From a virus: DNA of 64,000 nucleotides. Made by a program: the position numbers and the translations under genes. Location: the IMG/VR virus record IMGVR_UViG_3300045911_000155, positions 16,561 to 80,560 of that record. One strand, 5' to 3'. The notes below the pieces were generated by a model. It saw only the letters and a program-made list of their open reading frames with translations, had not been told where the DNA came from and ran no database searches. This document shows, one piece after another, positions 35,656 through 44,647 of the stretch (positions within the stretch are counted from its first letter, which is position 1; every line of letters starts with the position of its first letter).

Positions 35656-36672
35656 TTAGTTGGATTCCGCGTAATCGATGCTGTCTTCGTTGCGTGCGCG
35701 GAAGTAACTGCGGATGTCGTCCCGGAGTTTGGTGCTCCGTTCGGTCAATTGATACAGTCCTTGCGTGTCACGCTTCAGATCGTAATGCGGGTTGTAGTTG
35801 TTCTCCACCAGAATCTTACCGCGATCCCGGTATTGCCGATCAGCCTTGCGGCCATGCCAGTGGTGAATAATCATCCCCGGAACGTAGCCAACGTTGCGTT
35901 TGATGTGCTTCACGCAACGGTCGCCCCAAATGCGCATCTGTTCCTTGTAAGGTTCGCCAAGACGCTGGTCGATTGACCGTTCCATCTGGTCCACAAGGCC
36001 CATTGCCATGTTGTGATCGGCGGAACCAAGGATGCACACATCCAGCAATCCGCCGGTCTTGTCCAGCGCCGAACGACGCGCCGCCCATGCATAACCGGGG
36101 TGCGCAAAGTCCGCGCCGTAGCCATACGGCACATAGCCGCCGCTCTTGGCTTGGTTCGGCAAGTCATTGCAGTAAGCGTACAGGAAGCCGACATGCGGCG
36201 ATCCAATCGGCTCGAACTTCGGCCCAACGTCCTGTGCGTGACTGAACATCTGAACGAAGTCATAGTGCTGCAACACTTGGATGGTTTCGTAGGCCCAATC
36301 AGACCGGACGAACGTAATGTCCGCATCAACCCACGCGAAATACTCCGCGTTGGGTTCTTCGGAACAGATATGGTTCATCAGGAGATTCAGCGCGTTTTCT
36401 TTGTGCCAAATCTCATACGGGGTTCGCAGTTGCAGATGGTAGTCATTGTCTTCCTCTGTTACTACGAACGGGCGGTTTCCATAGGCCATTTCGACGGTCC
36501 ACAGCTTGACATGGGGACCGTCGGTTTGCGATTGAAATGCTTCGAAGAGCTTATAGCGGCTGGCATAGCGAACCGGGTTGCTAACCACCGTGCAAACGTG
36601 TAGGGTAGCTTCACCAGACAGTTGCGTTCCATGCGGGCGCTTGAATTGTGGGTTTGTCGGATTGTAGAGCAC
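35656..36672 (-). CDS. Glycosyltransferase-like protein
   Basis: WHKENALN, AWVDADI (DxD), HPGYAWA, HHWHG. Confidence 0.7.
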   Translation of the reverse strand: MLYNPTNPQFKRPHGTQLSGEATLHVCTVVSNPVRYASRYKLFEAFQSQTDGPHVKLWTVEMAYGNRPFVVTEEDNDYHLQLRTPYEIWHKENALNLLMNHICSEEPNAEYFAWVDADITFVRSDWAYETIQVLQHYDFVQMFSHAQDVGPKFEPIGSPHVGFLYAYCNDLPNQAKSGGYVPYGYGADFAHPGYAWAARRSALDKTGGLLDVCILGSADHNMAMGLVDQMERSIDQRLGEPYKEQMRIWGDRCVKHIKRNVGYVPGMIIHHWHGRKADRQYRDRGKILVENNYNPHYDLKRDTQGLYQLTERSTKLRDDIRSYFRARNEDSIDYAESN

Positions 36673-36814
36673 GATGAATATCTAGCACTCTGGAAAACTC
36701 TGGAATCTAGCCCAAGAGAGAAAAATTGAACTTTTTGCACCGCCGGGAACGGAAAACGAGAATCGGGGTTGACATATATGTGTCGCTGTGCGATACTGGT
36801 TTTGGAGAGACACG

Positions 36815-37111
36815 ATGTCAGGAAATCAAATCACCAAGAAATTGACCGCCGCCGGGATCGACCCAAAAAACATCCTCGAAGTCAGCAAAGATGAAGTTGA
36901 AGTGGGAGTCAAGTCCGTCCACGGCGATTACTGCGAATACACTGAATCTGAAGAACTTGCCGACCGTGTACTAGCCATTCTTGGCTGGAAGCAAGGCTTC
37001 AAGACCGGTTACAATTCGTGGATTCTCGAAGGACACAACCGTGGAGCGCAAGCCCGGTTGGTGAACTCGATGGACCAGTTCGGCGCGGGAGCGTTCGATG
37101 TCGATGCTTAA
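36815..37111 (+). CDS. Early hypothetical protein
   Basis: Promoter at 36769 plus GGAGAGACACGATG. Confidence 0.75.
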   Translation: MSGNQITKKLTAAGIDPKNILEVSKDEVEVGVKSVHGDYCEYTESEELADRVLAILGWKQGFKTGYNSWILEGHNRGAQARLVNSMDQFGAGAFDVDA

Positions 37112-37412
37112 CCAGACAGATGGATACAAAGTCGCTCACGAAGTTTACCCTTCCGTGGTCGCCACAGAACACGCCGTCCCGTCAATCCCTGTGGATCGGC
37201 TGGAAAACATCGGTTTCCGGGGCGCGGCCATCCGGCCCGACTCCGGGGACTGCCGGTGCATGTGCTGCCCCAAGGAAATCCCGGCCAACGGATTCGGATT
37301 CGCCGCCCACATGAACATGCATGTGCGCCGGGGCGAAGCGACCAAGACCTACAACGAACAATACGGGTGCTATGACTACCGCCCGGTGAAAAATTCTTCG
37401 ACGAACGCTTGA
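37098..37412 (+). CDS. Hypothetical C2H2-like protein
   Basis: CMCC...HMNMH. Confidence 0.6.
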   Translation: MSMLNQTDGYKVAHEVYPSVVATEHAVPSIPVDRLENIGFRGAAIRPDSGDCRCMCCPKEIPANGFGFAAHMNMHVRRGEATKTYNEQYGCYDYRPVKNSSTNA

Positions 37413-37459
37413 CATATATGTCGTCGTTTGGTACTCTGAGTATGGAGAGACGACACGAT

Positions 37460-38032
37460 ATGAAAAAGACACCGAAAGTTACGACAGCGACCCCGACCGC
37501 CATCAAAGCGATGGCCGTGAAGACCGGTCAGCTTGCTGAGACTCATGAGAGAATGTTCGCCGCCGTTGAAGCGATCATGAAGGCGCACGCCAACCGCGAT
37601 GCGATCCTTGAAGCCGCCAACGAAGATGGCCGTCCGGGTGACGAATCTGACATCACCGCGACCGTATTCCGGTTGAAAGAGGAAGTGGATTTCCTTCGCC
37701 AGCTTGCTGACGGTTTCGACAACTATGCCATCGAAATGGTAATGGACGATTGGACACCACCCACCCGCGTGGTCACGTGGGATCACGTCAGAGCGTTCTT
37801 GCCGACGCTGATGGCGGCGGAAGCACAATTGAGCGTCGATCTGGACGCGGCACAGACTGCGAAAGATGTGGAAGCCGCCTTCGCTAAGCTGAAAGCCGTC
37901 ACCATCGAAGCGATTACAGCTATGTGGAAGGACACCGACGACCGGAATTCCTTGGACAAGCTGATGATTTTTCAGGACTCCATTTCGTTCAGCAAAATCT
38001 TACGCCGGGACTTCATGGGAGAAAAGATATGA
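37460..38032 (+). CDS. Early hypothetical protein
   Basis: Promoter at 37409 plus conserved leader. Confidence 0.8.
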   Translation: MKKTPKVTTATPTAIKAMAVKTGQLAETHERMFAAVEAIMKAHANRDAILEAANEDGRPGDESDITATVFRLKEEVDFLRQLADGFDNYAIEMVMDDWTPPTRVVTWDHVRAFLPTLMAAEAQLSVDLDAAQTAKDVEAAFAKLKAVTIEAITAMWKDTDDRNSLDKLMIFQDSISFSKILRRDFMGEKI

Positions 38033-38565
38033 CACCAGCCGAAATGCCAATCGAACAGCGCCGGGCGAATGCCGCCAAGTTTGGCAAGGCCGTCGCGCGC
38101 AAGTATGGGTTGACCGGGCCGCAAATCGGCATCCTTCGGGACGCCGCCCGCAAGTGGGTGGGATACAGTTCCAAACCCGCATGTGGTCCACCGGAGCCGC
38201 ACGATGGACAGGTAAACACCTTCAATGTCCGTCAGGACAGCATCGACGCCTTGATGCAAAAGGGCTAAATCGCCAAGGTCTATCTGTATTCCGATGAAGA
38301 CCGCGCCGCCCGCGCCAAGCGCGCGGAAGACATCAAGCTGGCCGCGTTCAAACTGGCGCGAAATCACGGTCAGAACGACCTGATCGACGTGGAAACGGAC
38401 ACGGTGACCGCCAAAGGGTTGGTTTGCTGGAAGCTGGTCATGAAGGATCTGCAAGTCGTGGAATCGATCCTGAAGGGCAACGAAGAGAAGGTGATCCGTA
38501 TCACGGAAGCGGGCCGGGCCGTCGCGGTTGAATTCAAGTTCGCCATCGGAGCGGAGGAAGAATGA
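38029..38565 (+). pseudogene. Winged-helix-like gene with in-frame TAA at 38266
   Basis: ...DALMQKG*IAKV...IRITEAGRA; the frame stays open to an ATGA overlap with the next gene. Confidence 0.6.
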
Positions 38566-38948
38566 CGGACGGGCACATCTGTGCCAAATGCAACGAAACC
38601 GGCACGACAGAAAACGAGTATTCGAATTGCCCGCGCGGTGGCATGCATGACTTCCGCACGCCGGAAGAGTGTATGGTCGTTCGTGTGTCCATGCTCAAGC
38701 ACTATCGGAAGTATGGGCCGAAAGCGGACGCCGACTTCCTTGCCACCCTTGTCGGGCCGAAGATCGCGCGCAAGCGTGGCCGCGCCCGCAAGCACACGCG
38801 CGCGGAGATTGAACACATGCGGGATTTGTATTTCCGCAAGGATGAAAACTGGTCCATCGGCGACATCGCCCGGTTCTTCCGAACGTCAAGTTCCCTAGTG
38901 AACAAGGCGGTCGATGGTACACTGAAAGGCAAAGACGACCCGGAATGA
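38562..38948 (+). CDS. HTH-containing protein
   Basis: WSIGDIARFFRTSSSLVNK. Confidence 0.7.
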   Translation: MTDGHICAKCNETGTTENEYSNCPRGGMHDFRTPEECMVVRVSMLKHYRKYGPKADADFLATLVGPKIARKRGRARKHTRAEIEHMRDLYFRKDENWSIGDIARFFRTSSSLVNKAVDGTLKGKDDPE

Positions 38949-39361
38949 GACTCTACTGTTTCGCAAACATGTACACGGCGGGAATACACGCCGGAATCCA
39001 ATCGCTTCACGCTACGTCGGCGATGTGGCGGCGGTACTTCCGCGACCCGGATTCCGAACAGGCGCAAACCCTGTGTGAGTGGGAAGACAACCACAAGACC
39101 GTGGTCGTGCTCAACGGTGGCTATCAGAGTGCCTTGCTCGAACTCGAAGCGCTGTTGCAATCGCCGGACAATCCGTTCCCGTGGTGTTCGTTCAACGAAT
39201 CGATTGAAGCGTTGAATGGCGCGCTGACGGCGGTTTGTATCGTGCTCCCGGAGAAGCTGTACGACCGCGATCTGATGGTCGCCGGGACGAAGCCGGAATC
39301 GTTCACGGATTGGGAATGGGCGATGTACCTGTGGCGGGAGAAATGTCCCCAAGCCCGCTGA
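38945..39361 (+). CDS. Peptidyl-tRNA hydrolase II-like protein
   Basis: AGIQSLHA...W...HKTVVVLNGG...FNE...LTAV. Confidence 0.6.
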   Translation: MRLYCFANMYTAGIHAGIQSLHATSAMWRRYFRDPDSEQAQTLCEWEDNHKTVVVLNGGYQSALLELEALLQSPDNPFPWCSFNESIEALNGALTAVCIVLPEKLYDRDLMVAGTKPESFTDWEWAMYLWREKCPQAR

Positions 39362-39900
39362 TCTTCCCCGGCATCGTTTACTTCGACATGGACATGGTTT
39401 TGGCGGACGCCGAAGGGGAATACTTTCGGATCACCGGTGAAGCCTATGACCACACGAACCCGTGGCCGGATGCAAAGCGGGAAGCCTTCTATCAACAGCA
39501 CGGGACCTTTTTCCGCGATCTGAAGTGGATCAAAGGGTCCCGGCTGTTGCTGGACTACGTGTCCGCCTATCTCCGCACGGGCATCTGTAGTAGCGTGTCC
39601 AAGCACCTTCCCGAACGGTGCAAGGAACACAAGCTGGATTGGTTGTCGGATCACGGAGTATTGGCGCGGCTTGACCCGGTTGTCATCACGCCGCCGCGCG
39701 CCAATAAAGGCGAACATGCCAAGCCGGGCGACATTCTACTTGACGACTACATCGTCAACGTGAATCGCTGGCGTAAGGCGGGCGGTATCGGTATCCAGTT
39801 CCAGAACGCGCTACAAGCGTTCGACGAACTTCATCAACACATCCCGGCGGGACCGAACAAAGAGGAAATTCGCCGCCTGATCGAAAAGGAACTTGTATGA
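39343..39900 (+). CDS. HAD 5'(3')-deoxyribonucleotidase
   Basis: YFDMDMVLAD, FFRDL, ILLDD. Confidence 0.85.
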   Translation: MSPSPLIFPGIVYFDMDMVLADAEGEYFRITGEAYDHTNPWPDAKREAFYQQHGTFFRDLKWIKGSRLLLDYVSAYLRTGICSSVSKHLPERCKEHKLDWLSDHGVLARLDPVVITPPRANKGEHAKPGDILLDDYIVNVNRWRKAGGIGIQFQNALQAFDELHQHIPAGPNKEEIRRLIEKELV

Positions 39901-40322
39901 AGAAAATGCCTCAGTACACATTGGTCTTGGAAGGCCAGCGCGCCTACGCCATCTTGCTGGACAAGAACATCTGTGGCGGTGCGGCGGATGGATCGTTCAA
40001 ATACGATCTGGAAATCACCGCGTCGAAGTTGGATGCCCAAGGGTTCGTCATCGACAACGTGGTTCGTGAATTGATCGCAAAGGAATGGAACGACACCACC
40101 TACATCGCGTCGTGTGAGCAATTGGCCGGTGGGCTGGTGAACTACATTCGGGCCGATATGGGCACGCGGTTGGCGTCCGTGGTCGCGCGGGTCTACAACA
40201 AGACCGGCTACGCCGAAATCGTCTGGACCAAAGGGCAAGAGGCTCCGGTCGGGCCGCGCAAGGCCACTCAGAAGGAAAAGAACGCCGAACGGAACACCTA
40301 CCGGACCAAATCCGCGTGTTAG
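39897..40322 (+). CDS. Divergent QueD/PTPS-like protein, paralog B
   Basis: NICG, AQGFVID, SCEQLAGGL. Confidence 0.45.
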   Translation: MKKMPQYTLVLEGQRAYAILLDKNICGGAADGSFKYDLEITASKLDAQGFVIDNVVRELIAKEWNDTTYIASCEQLAGGLVNYIRADMGTRLASVVARVYNKTGYAEIVWTKGQEAPVGPRKATQKEKNAERNTYRTKSAC

Positions 40323-40368
40323 TATGGGTTCAGGGGTATGGTACAATGCCCCTGAAAGGAACACCCCC

Positions 40369-40620
40369 ATGCAAGACCGTACCTTGGACCTGACCGAAGA
40401 AGCCATCGCCGCCCGTGCCTACGAAATTTGGGAAGAGCGGGGACGCCCCGAAGGTCAGTCCGAAGCCCACTGGTTTGAAGCAATTCAAGACCTGTCCACA
40501 ACCATCGTCATCGATCTGACCAAAGAAACTGAAATGCCGATTGTGCGCGAAGTGGAACGCACGATGGCTGTAGGTCAGACTGACCCGACGTTTTCCGATG
40601 GCACCGTCATCAGCGAATAG
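40369..40620 (+). CDS. DUF2934-domain protein
   Basis: IAARAYEIWEERGRPEG...HWFEA. Confidence 0.85.
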   Translation: MQDRTLDLTEEAIAARAYEIWEERGRPEGQSEAHWFEAIQDLSTTIVIDLTKETEMPIVREVERTMAVGQTDPTFSDGTVISE

Positions 40621-40642
40621 TCGATACCCACCTAAAAAGATC

Positions 40643-40673
40643 CGGCCCGGCTTCGTCGCCGGGCCTTTCTATT
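40643..40673. terminator. Terminator between convergent genes
   Basis: GGCCCGGC-TTCGTC-GCCGGGCC-TTTCTATTT. Confidence 0.7.
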
Positions 40674-41565
40674 TGCCGGACACCGTTTCCAGTGTCCGGG
40701 CAATGACCTTCAGTTCTTTCTTGTTGGCCGTCTTCCGGCGAACCACGATGGGTTCGGCCAGCTTGTCCGGTACGTCGCGATAGCGGATCACGTGACGCAT
40801 GCCGGGTTCCACCAGATTGAAGCGGCGACGGGTCCATTGATCGCTATTCTCATAGGTGTGGACCTTGTACACTTCGTCCGGCGAATGGTACTGATATTCG
40901 ACCACCGTCCAGACGTAGAAGACCGTCAGCGGGTTCCCGTGCTGGCACACCATCGGGGCCGGGCTACGGTACTGCTCATACCGGGGCCGCTCATCCCATT
41001 TCGGATGATTGCACCGGCACGACGATTTCATGCGCTTCTCCCGGACGAAAAACGTGCTCCCGTACCACAGAAGGCGATCCGGGTCCGCCGTCTTCCGGTT
41101 GTCCCGCTTCCGCCACGTCGTCGAAGAATTGTGGTGGTCGAGAATGCCGGTTTCCGGGTTGATGTATAGGCCGTCCACTTCCACCCACCGGCTATAGTTC
41201 CGGTAGTAAGGGACACCGCCCGACATCTCCACGTGGCGCTCGACGTGCTGATAAAGGTGCTGCATGACGTGCAGACCGATAGCGCTACGGGTATCGATGT
41301 TGGCGCGGATTTCGCTGTAAACCTCATCCCACGGGCGACCGGCGGACGCATCCAAATACCGGTACAGCGGGCTGAGATTTTCGTTCAGTTCTTTTGATTC
41401 CCACCCGTACATCCGCCGCCGACCGTTCGGCAAGAATTGGGGACCGGAATCGTAATCATCATCATAGTCAACGTGCGGGTCCAACCGTTTGCCGGTCTTC
41501 ATCGACAGGCTACGGCTCCCGATCCGCTGACGTTCGCAGATCAATTTGTCCATGTCAGGACGCAT
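40669..41565 (-). CDS. Conserved hypothetical protein
   Basis: MRPDMDKLICER...LNENLSPL...GRPWDEVYSEI; AGGAGG RBS. Confidence 0.8.
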   Translation of the reverse strand: MRPDMDKLICERQRIGSRSLSMKTGKRLDPHVDYDDDYDSGPQFLPNGRRRMYGWESKELNENLSPLYRYLDASAGRPWDEVYSEIRANIDTRSAIGLHVMQHLYQHVERHVEMSGGVPYYRNYSRWVEVDGLYINPETGILDHHNSSTTWRKRDNRKTADPDRLLWYGSTFFVREKRMKSSCRCNHPKWDERPRYEQYRSPAPMVCQHGNPLTVFYVWTVVEYQYHSPDEVYKVHTYENSDQWTRRRFNLVEPGMRHVIRYRDVPDKLAEPIVVRRKTANKKELKVIARTLETVSGK

Positions 41566-41690
41566 GTAGTGTTACCTCCTACCTAAACCCTGTTTGCATG
41601 GTGTTACCTCCTGTCATAGAAATGGTGTGCGGTCGGCGCACGTTTGTAATTATACCCTACTCGTTTTCCATTGTCATGTATTCTGAGAGG

Positions 41691-42563
41691 GTGATCGATC
41701 TGAACCGCGCCACAGGCGCATTACTAGGGCTGGCCGTTGGTGACGCTGTGGGAGCCACCAACGAATTCACAATGGCACCGGCACCCATCAATGACATGGT
41801 GGGCGGCGGGCCGTTCGATTTGGCTCCCGGCGAATGGACAGATGACACATCGATGGCATTGTGTTTGGCCGATAGCCTGATCGCCAAGCGGGGATTTGAC
41901 GGCGCGGACCAGATTGCCCGTTACATCCGCTGGTGGAAGGAAGGGTACAACAGCGTTTTAGGGTATTGCTTCGACATCGGCAACACCACCCGCGCGGCCC
42001 TACAGCGGCATTTGGACACCGGGGTAGTGTATGCGGGTAGTAACGACCCGGAAGCGTCCGGGAACGGTTCTCTGATGCGGCTGGCACCCATCCCCATCTT
42101 CTTCGCCAATAGTGTGATGGCGACAACCGGGATGGCTGTAGCGTCGTCGATTGTGACACACGCGGCGAAGGATTGCACCGATTCCTGTTTCCAATACGCT
42201 TTGATGATTCGCCGGGCACTCTTAGGAAAGACCAAAGAAGAGGTATTTGAAAACATCAAGGTCGTGGCGCGGGAAGATGTTGTTCCATCCGGCTATGTTG
42301 TGGAAAGCATGGAAGCCGCGCTATACTGCTTTGCAAACACCGACAATTTCCGGGACGGCTGTCTCATGGCCGCGAACCTTGGCGGCGATTCAGACACCAT
42401 TGCGGCGATCTACGGCCAGCTTGCCGGGGCCTTCTATGGCGAATCCGGCATCCCGGCGGAATGGCTGGCGAAACTGTCGTGGTGTGATGACATCCGGCAA
42501 AAGGCCATTCAATTGGTAGAAGTGGGTCAAACCTATGAAGAAAACAAGAATTCAACAGTATGA
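41691..42563 (+). CDS. ADP-ribosylglycohydrolase (DraG/ARH family)
   Basis: GLAVGDA, WTDDT, GNGSLMR, GGDSDT. Confidence 0.92.
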   Translation: MIDLNRATGALLGLAVGDAVGATNEFTMAPAPINDMVGGGPFDLAPGEWTDDTSMALCLADSLIAKRGFDGADQIARYIRWWKEGYNSVLGYCFDIGNTTRAALQRHLDTGVVYAGSNDPEASGNGSLMRLAPIPIFFANSVMATTGMAVASSIVTHAAKDCTDSCFQYALMIRRALLGKTKEEVFENIKVVAREDVVPSGYVVESMEAALYCFANTDNFRDGCLMAANLGGDSDTIAAIYGQLAGAFYGESGIPAEWLAKLSWCDDIRQKAIQLVEVGQTYEENKNSTV

Positions 42564-43102
42564 TCGTCTCAAGACGTTGACCCTTGAAGAAGGGTTTGCC
42601 TTGATCCGCGCCGGGGAAGAGAACACGCGGGTGATGATCGACGGGGCCTTGGTCAGTCGCCGGTCCACACGATTGCTCACATTCTTGACCTACGGGCCGA
42701 AGTGTTCACACCCGGATTGTGTCTACGTGGGAACGTTCTTTGCCGTCGAGCGCAATGCATCAGACGCGGGGAAAGATCCTGTCGCTAAGCCCTACCACAT
42801 GAACCTGTGGGGCATCACTGAAGACGGCACGGAAGTCTTGTTCACGCACGACCACGTGCGCGCGGAGTCACGGTGGCGGGGATGAGATTGGGAATTGCCG
42901 GACGATGTGTTGCTGGCACAATTGGGGCAAGTCGAAGGAAGAAGCGCGGCTCCTGAACAAGCTGAAGGCAATGGCGGGGATTTCCACCGACCGACCCAAC
43001 GATGGACTGAGCAAGAAACAGCGGCGGCGGTTAAAGCGGGCGGCGGCTCACGCTGAGTTCGTGGCGGCGGTCGCGGAGAAGGTCCAGACGGTCGGCGCTT
43101 AA
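42535..43102 (+). CDS. HNH endonuclease-like, frameshifted near 42864
   Basis: FTHDHV then alternate frame SHGGGDEIGNCRTMCCWHNWGK. Confidence 0.65.
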
Positions 43103-43228
43103 CATGGCCGTGTGAATTCACATGGCCGTGTTAGTCGGAAAAATTTCCGAAAAGTGTTGACATACATGTCGGTGTGTGAGATTCTAGTGGTGGAGAGAGA
43201 CACCGACATGAAACTGATTTCCAAATAG

Positions 43229-43258
43229 AAAAGGCCCGGCGGTTAAGCCAGGCCTGTT
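43229..43258 (-). terminator. Terminator of major capsid gene
   Basis: AGGCCTGGC-TTAACC-GCCGGGCCT-TTTCT on the minus strand. Confidence 0.75.
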
Positions 43259-43278
43259 CACTTCGTCGCCGAACTTGC

Positions 43279-44613
43279 TTAGGTGAGGTTGATGACCTTG
43301 ACCAAGCGGTAGTACGGGTTGCTGGCGCTGATGATGTCGCCCGAAGCGTTCGTGTAGTACGGGTTCGACACAAGGCCGTAACGGGTACGGAACGCAATCT
43401 TCGGCTGGAGGGTGTTTTCACCGACCGCACGAACCATCTGGAGCGGGATGTAGGGGCAGTAGAAGAAGCCCGCGTCGTAGGCATTAGTACCTTTGTACCC
43501 TACCATTAGGAGTTCGGTATTAAGGTCGCCCGTGTTGTCGAAGTACGGATCAACGAAGACCTTGTAGCGACCGTTGATAACGCCCGCGAAGGTGTTGCCC
43601 GTGTCATCGACCGTCAGGTTGGTGTTCAACGCCGGGGCGTAGTTCAGGACACCCGCCATGTGCAACGCGGACGCAACGTCCGAAGAGCACACGATGAAGT
43701 TACCCTTACCACGACGGGTGTCACGACCGATCTGGTTCGCGTCACGCTCGACTTGGAACATCAAGCCCTTGAACTTTTCAGCCAACCAACGACCGTTGGA
43801 GTCCGTGTCAAGGTCAAACACACCAGCGTTAGCGGTGCCCTTCTGAGCGCCCGGCTTCGCGATGTAGTACAAGGTGCGAACAACTTCACGGTTGATTTCG
43901 GCCAAGATTTCCGTGGAGAGAATCGAAGCCAATTCCGTTTCGGCGTCCATACCGTGCAGGGCCTTAAGATCCTGCGCCAGTTCGACAGTGTATTCTGCCT
44001 TCAGTGCGCGGGTCTTCGCCGTGACGGTAACCTTGTCGATGAAGATCGACATTTCGTTGAACGACGGCTGGTTCGTTTCGCCAAGGACTTCACCTTGCAG
44101 CGTGGTCATACCGCGACCAGTTGCGTAACCACCGGCAAACGGGTTGCTACCGCTGTGGGCAGTACCGTTGTGACCGGCGTTCGGTGCGCCCGGCTTCTGA
44201 CCGGCGAAGTCCGTGTCGGATTCCGACATGAAGGCTTCGTTGGTCTGGTTGTAGTTGGTGGACGAAGACTGCGGGCCGTACTTCGAACGCATCGCGAAGA
44301 TGAGTCCAGTCGGACCAGTCATCGGCTGAACACCACAGATGTCGTATGCAACAAGGTTCGGCATCGCGCGACGCACCATCGAAATCATGATGGGGTCCCA
44401 CGCACCGATGTTTCCGCCGCCCATCGTGTTGCTGCCTTCCGACAACAACTGTGCCTTCTGTTCCTTCAGATCACGATATTGATTTTCGAGGATCTGAATG
44501 GTGACATCGCGACGGTGTGCATCGACCTTGCCCTGAAGATCGGTGATCTTCGGCATGTCCGTGTGATCAATGATTTTCTGCCATTTTGAGCGTAGTGCAG
44601 GTGAGAGGTTCAT
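43279..44613 (-). CDS. gp23: Major capsid protein (T4 gp23)
   Basis: MVRRAMPNLVAYDICGVQPMTGPTG, ELAQDLKALHG, FYCPYIPL, RTRYG. Confidence 0.98.
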   Translation of the reverse strand: MNLSPALRSKWQKIIDHTDMPKITDLQGKVDAHRRDVTIQILENQYRDLKEQKAQLLSEGSNTMGGGNIGAWDPIMISMVRRAMPNLVAYDICGVQPMTGPTGLIFAMRSKYGPQSSSTNYNQTNEAFMSESDTDFAGQKPGAPNAGHNGTAHSGSNPFAGGYATGRGMTTLQGEVLGETNQPSFNEMSIFIDKVTVTAKTRALKAEYTVELAQDLKALHGMDAETELASILSTEILAEINREVVRTLYYIAKPGAQKGTANAGVFDLDTDSNGRWLAEKFKGLMFQVERDANQIGRDTRRGKGNFIVCSSDVASALHMAGVLNYAPALNTNLTVDDTGNTFAGVINGRYKVFVDPYFDNTGDLNTELLMVGYKGTNAYDAGFFYCPYIPLQMVRAVGENTLQPKIAFRTRYGLVSNPYYTNASGDIISASNPYYRLVKVINLT

Positions 44614-44647
44614 TTGTTTCTCCTAAAGGACTGTGAGTCAAAACTAT

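Noticed and set aside
38266-38268. Genome-wide stop-codon reassignment
   Set aside because: TAA, TAG and TGA all terminate well-defined genes, long genes are intact in code 11, and no suppressor tRNA was found
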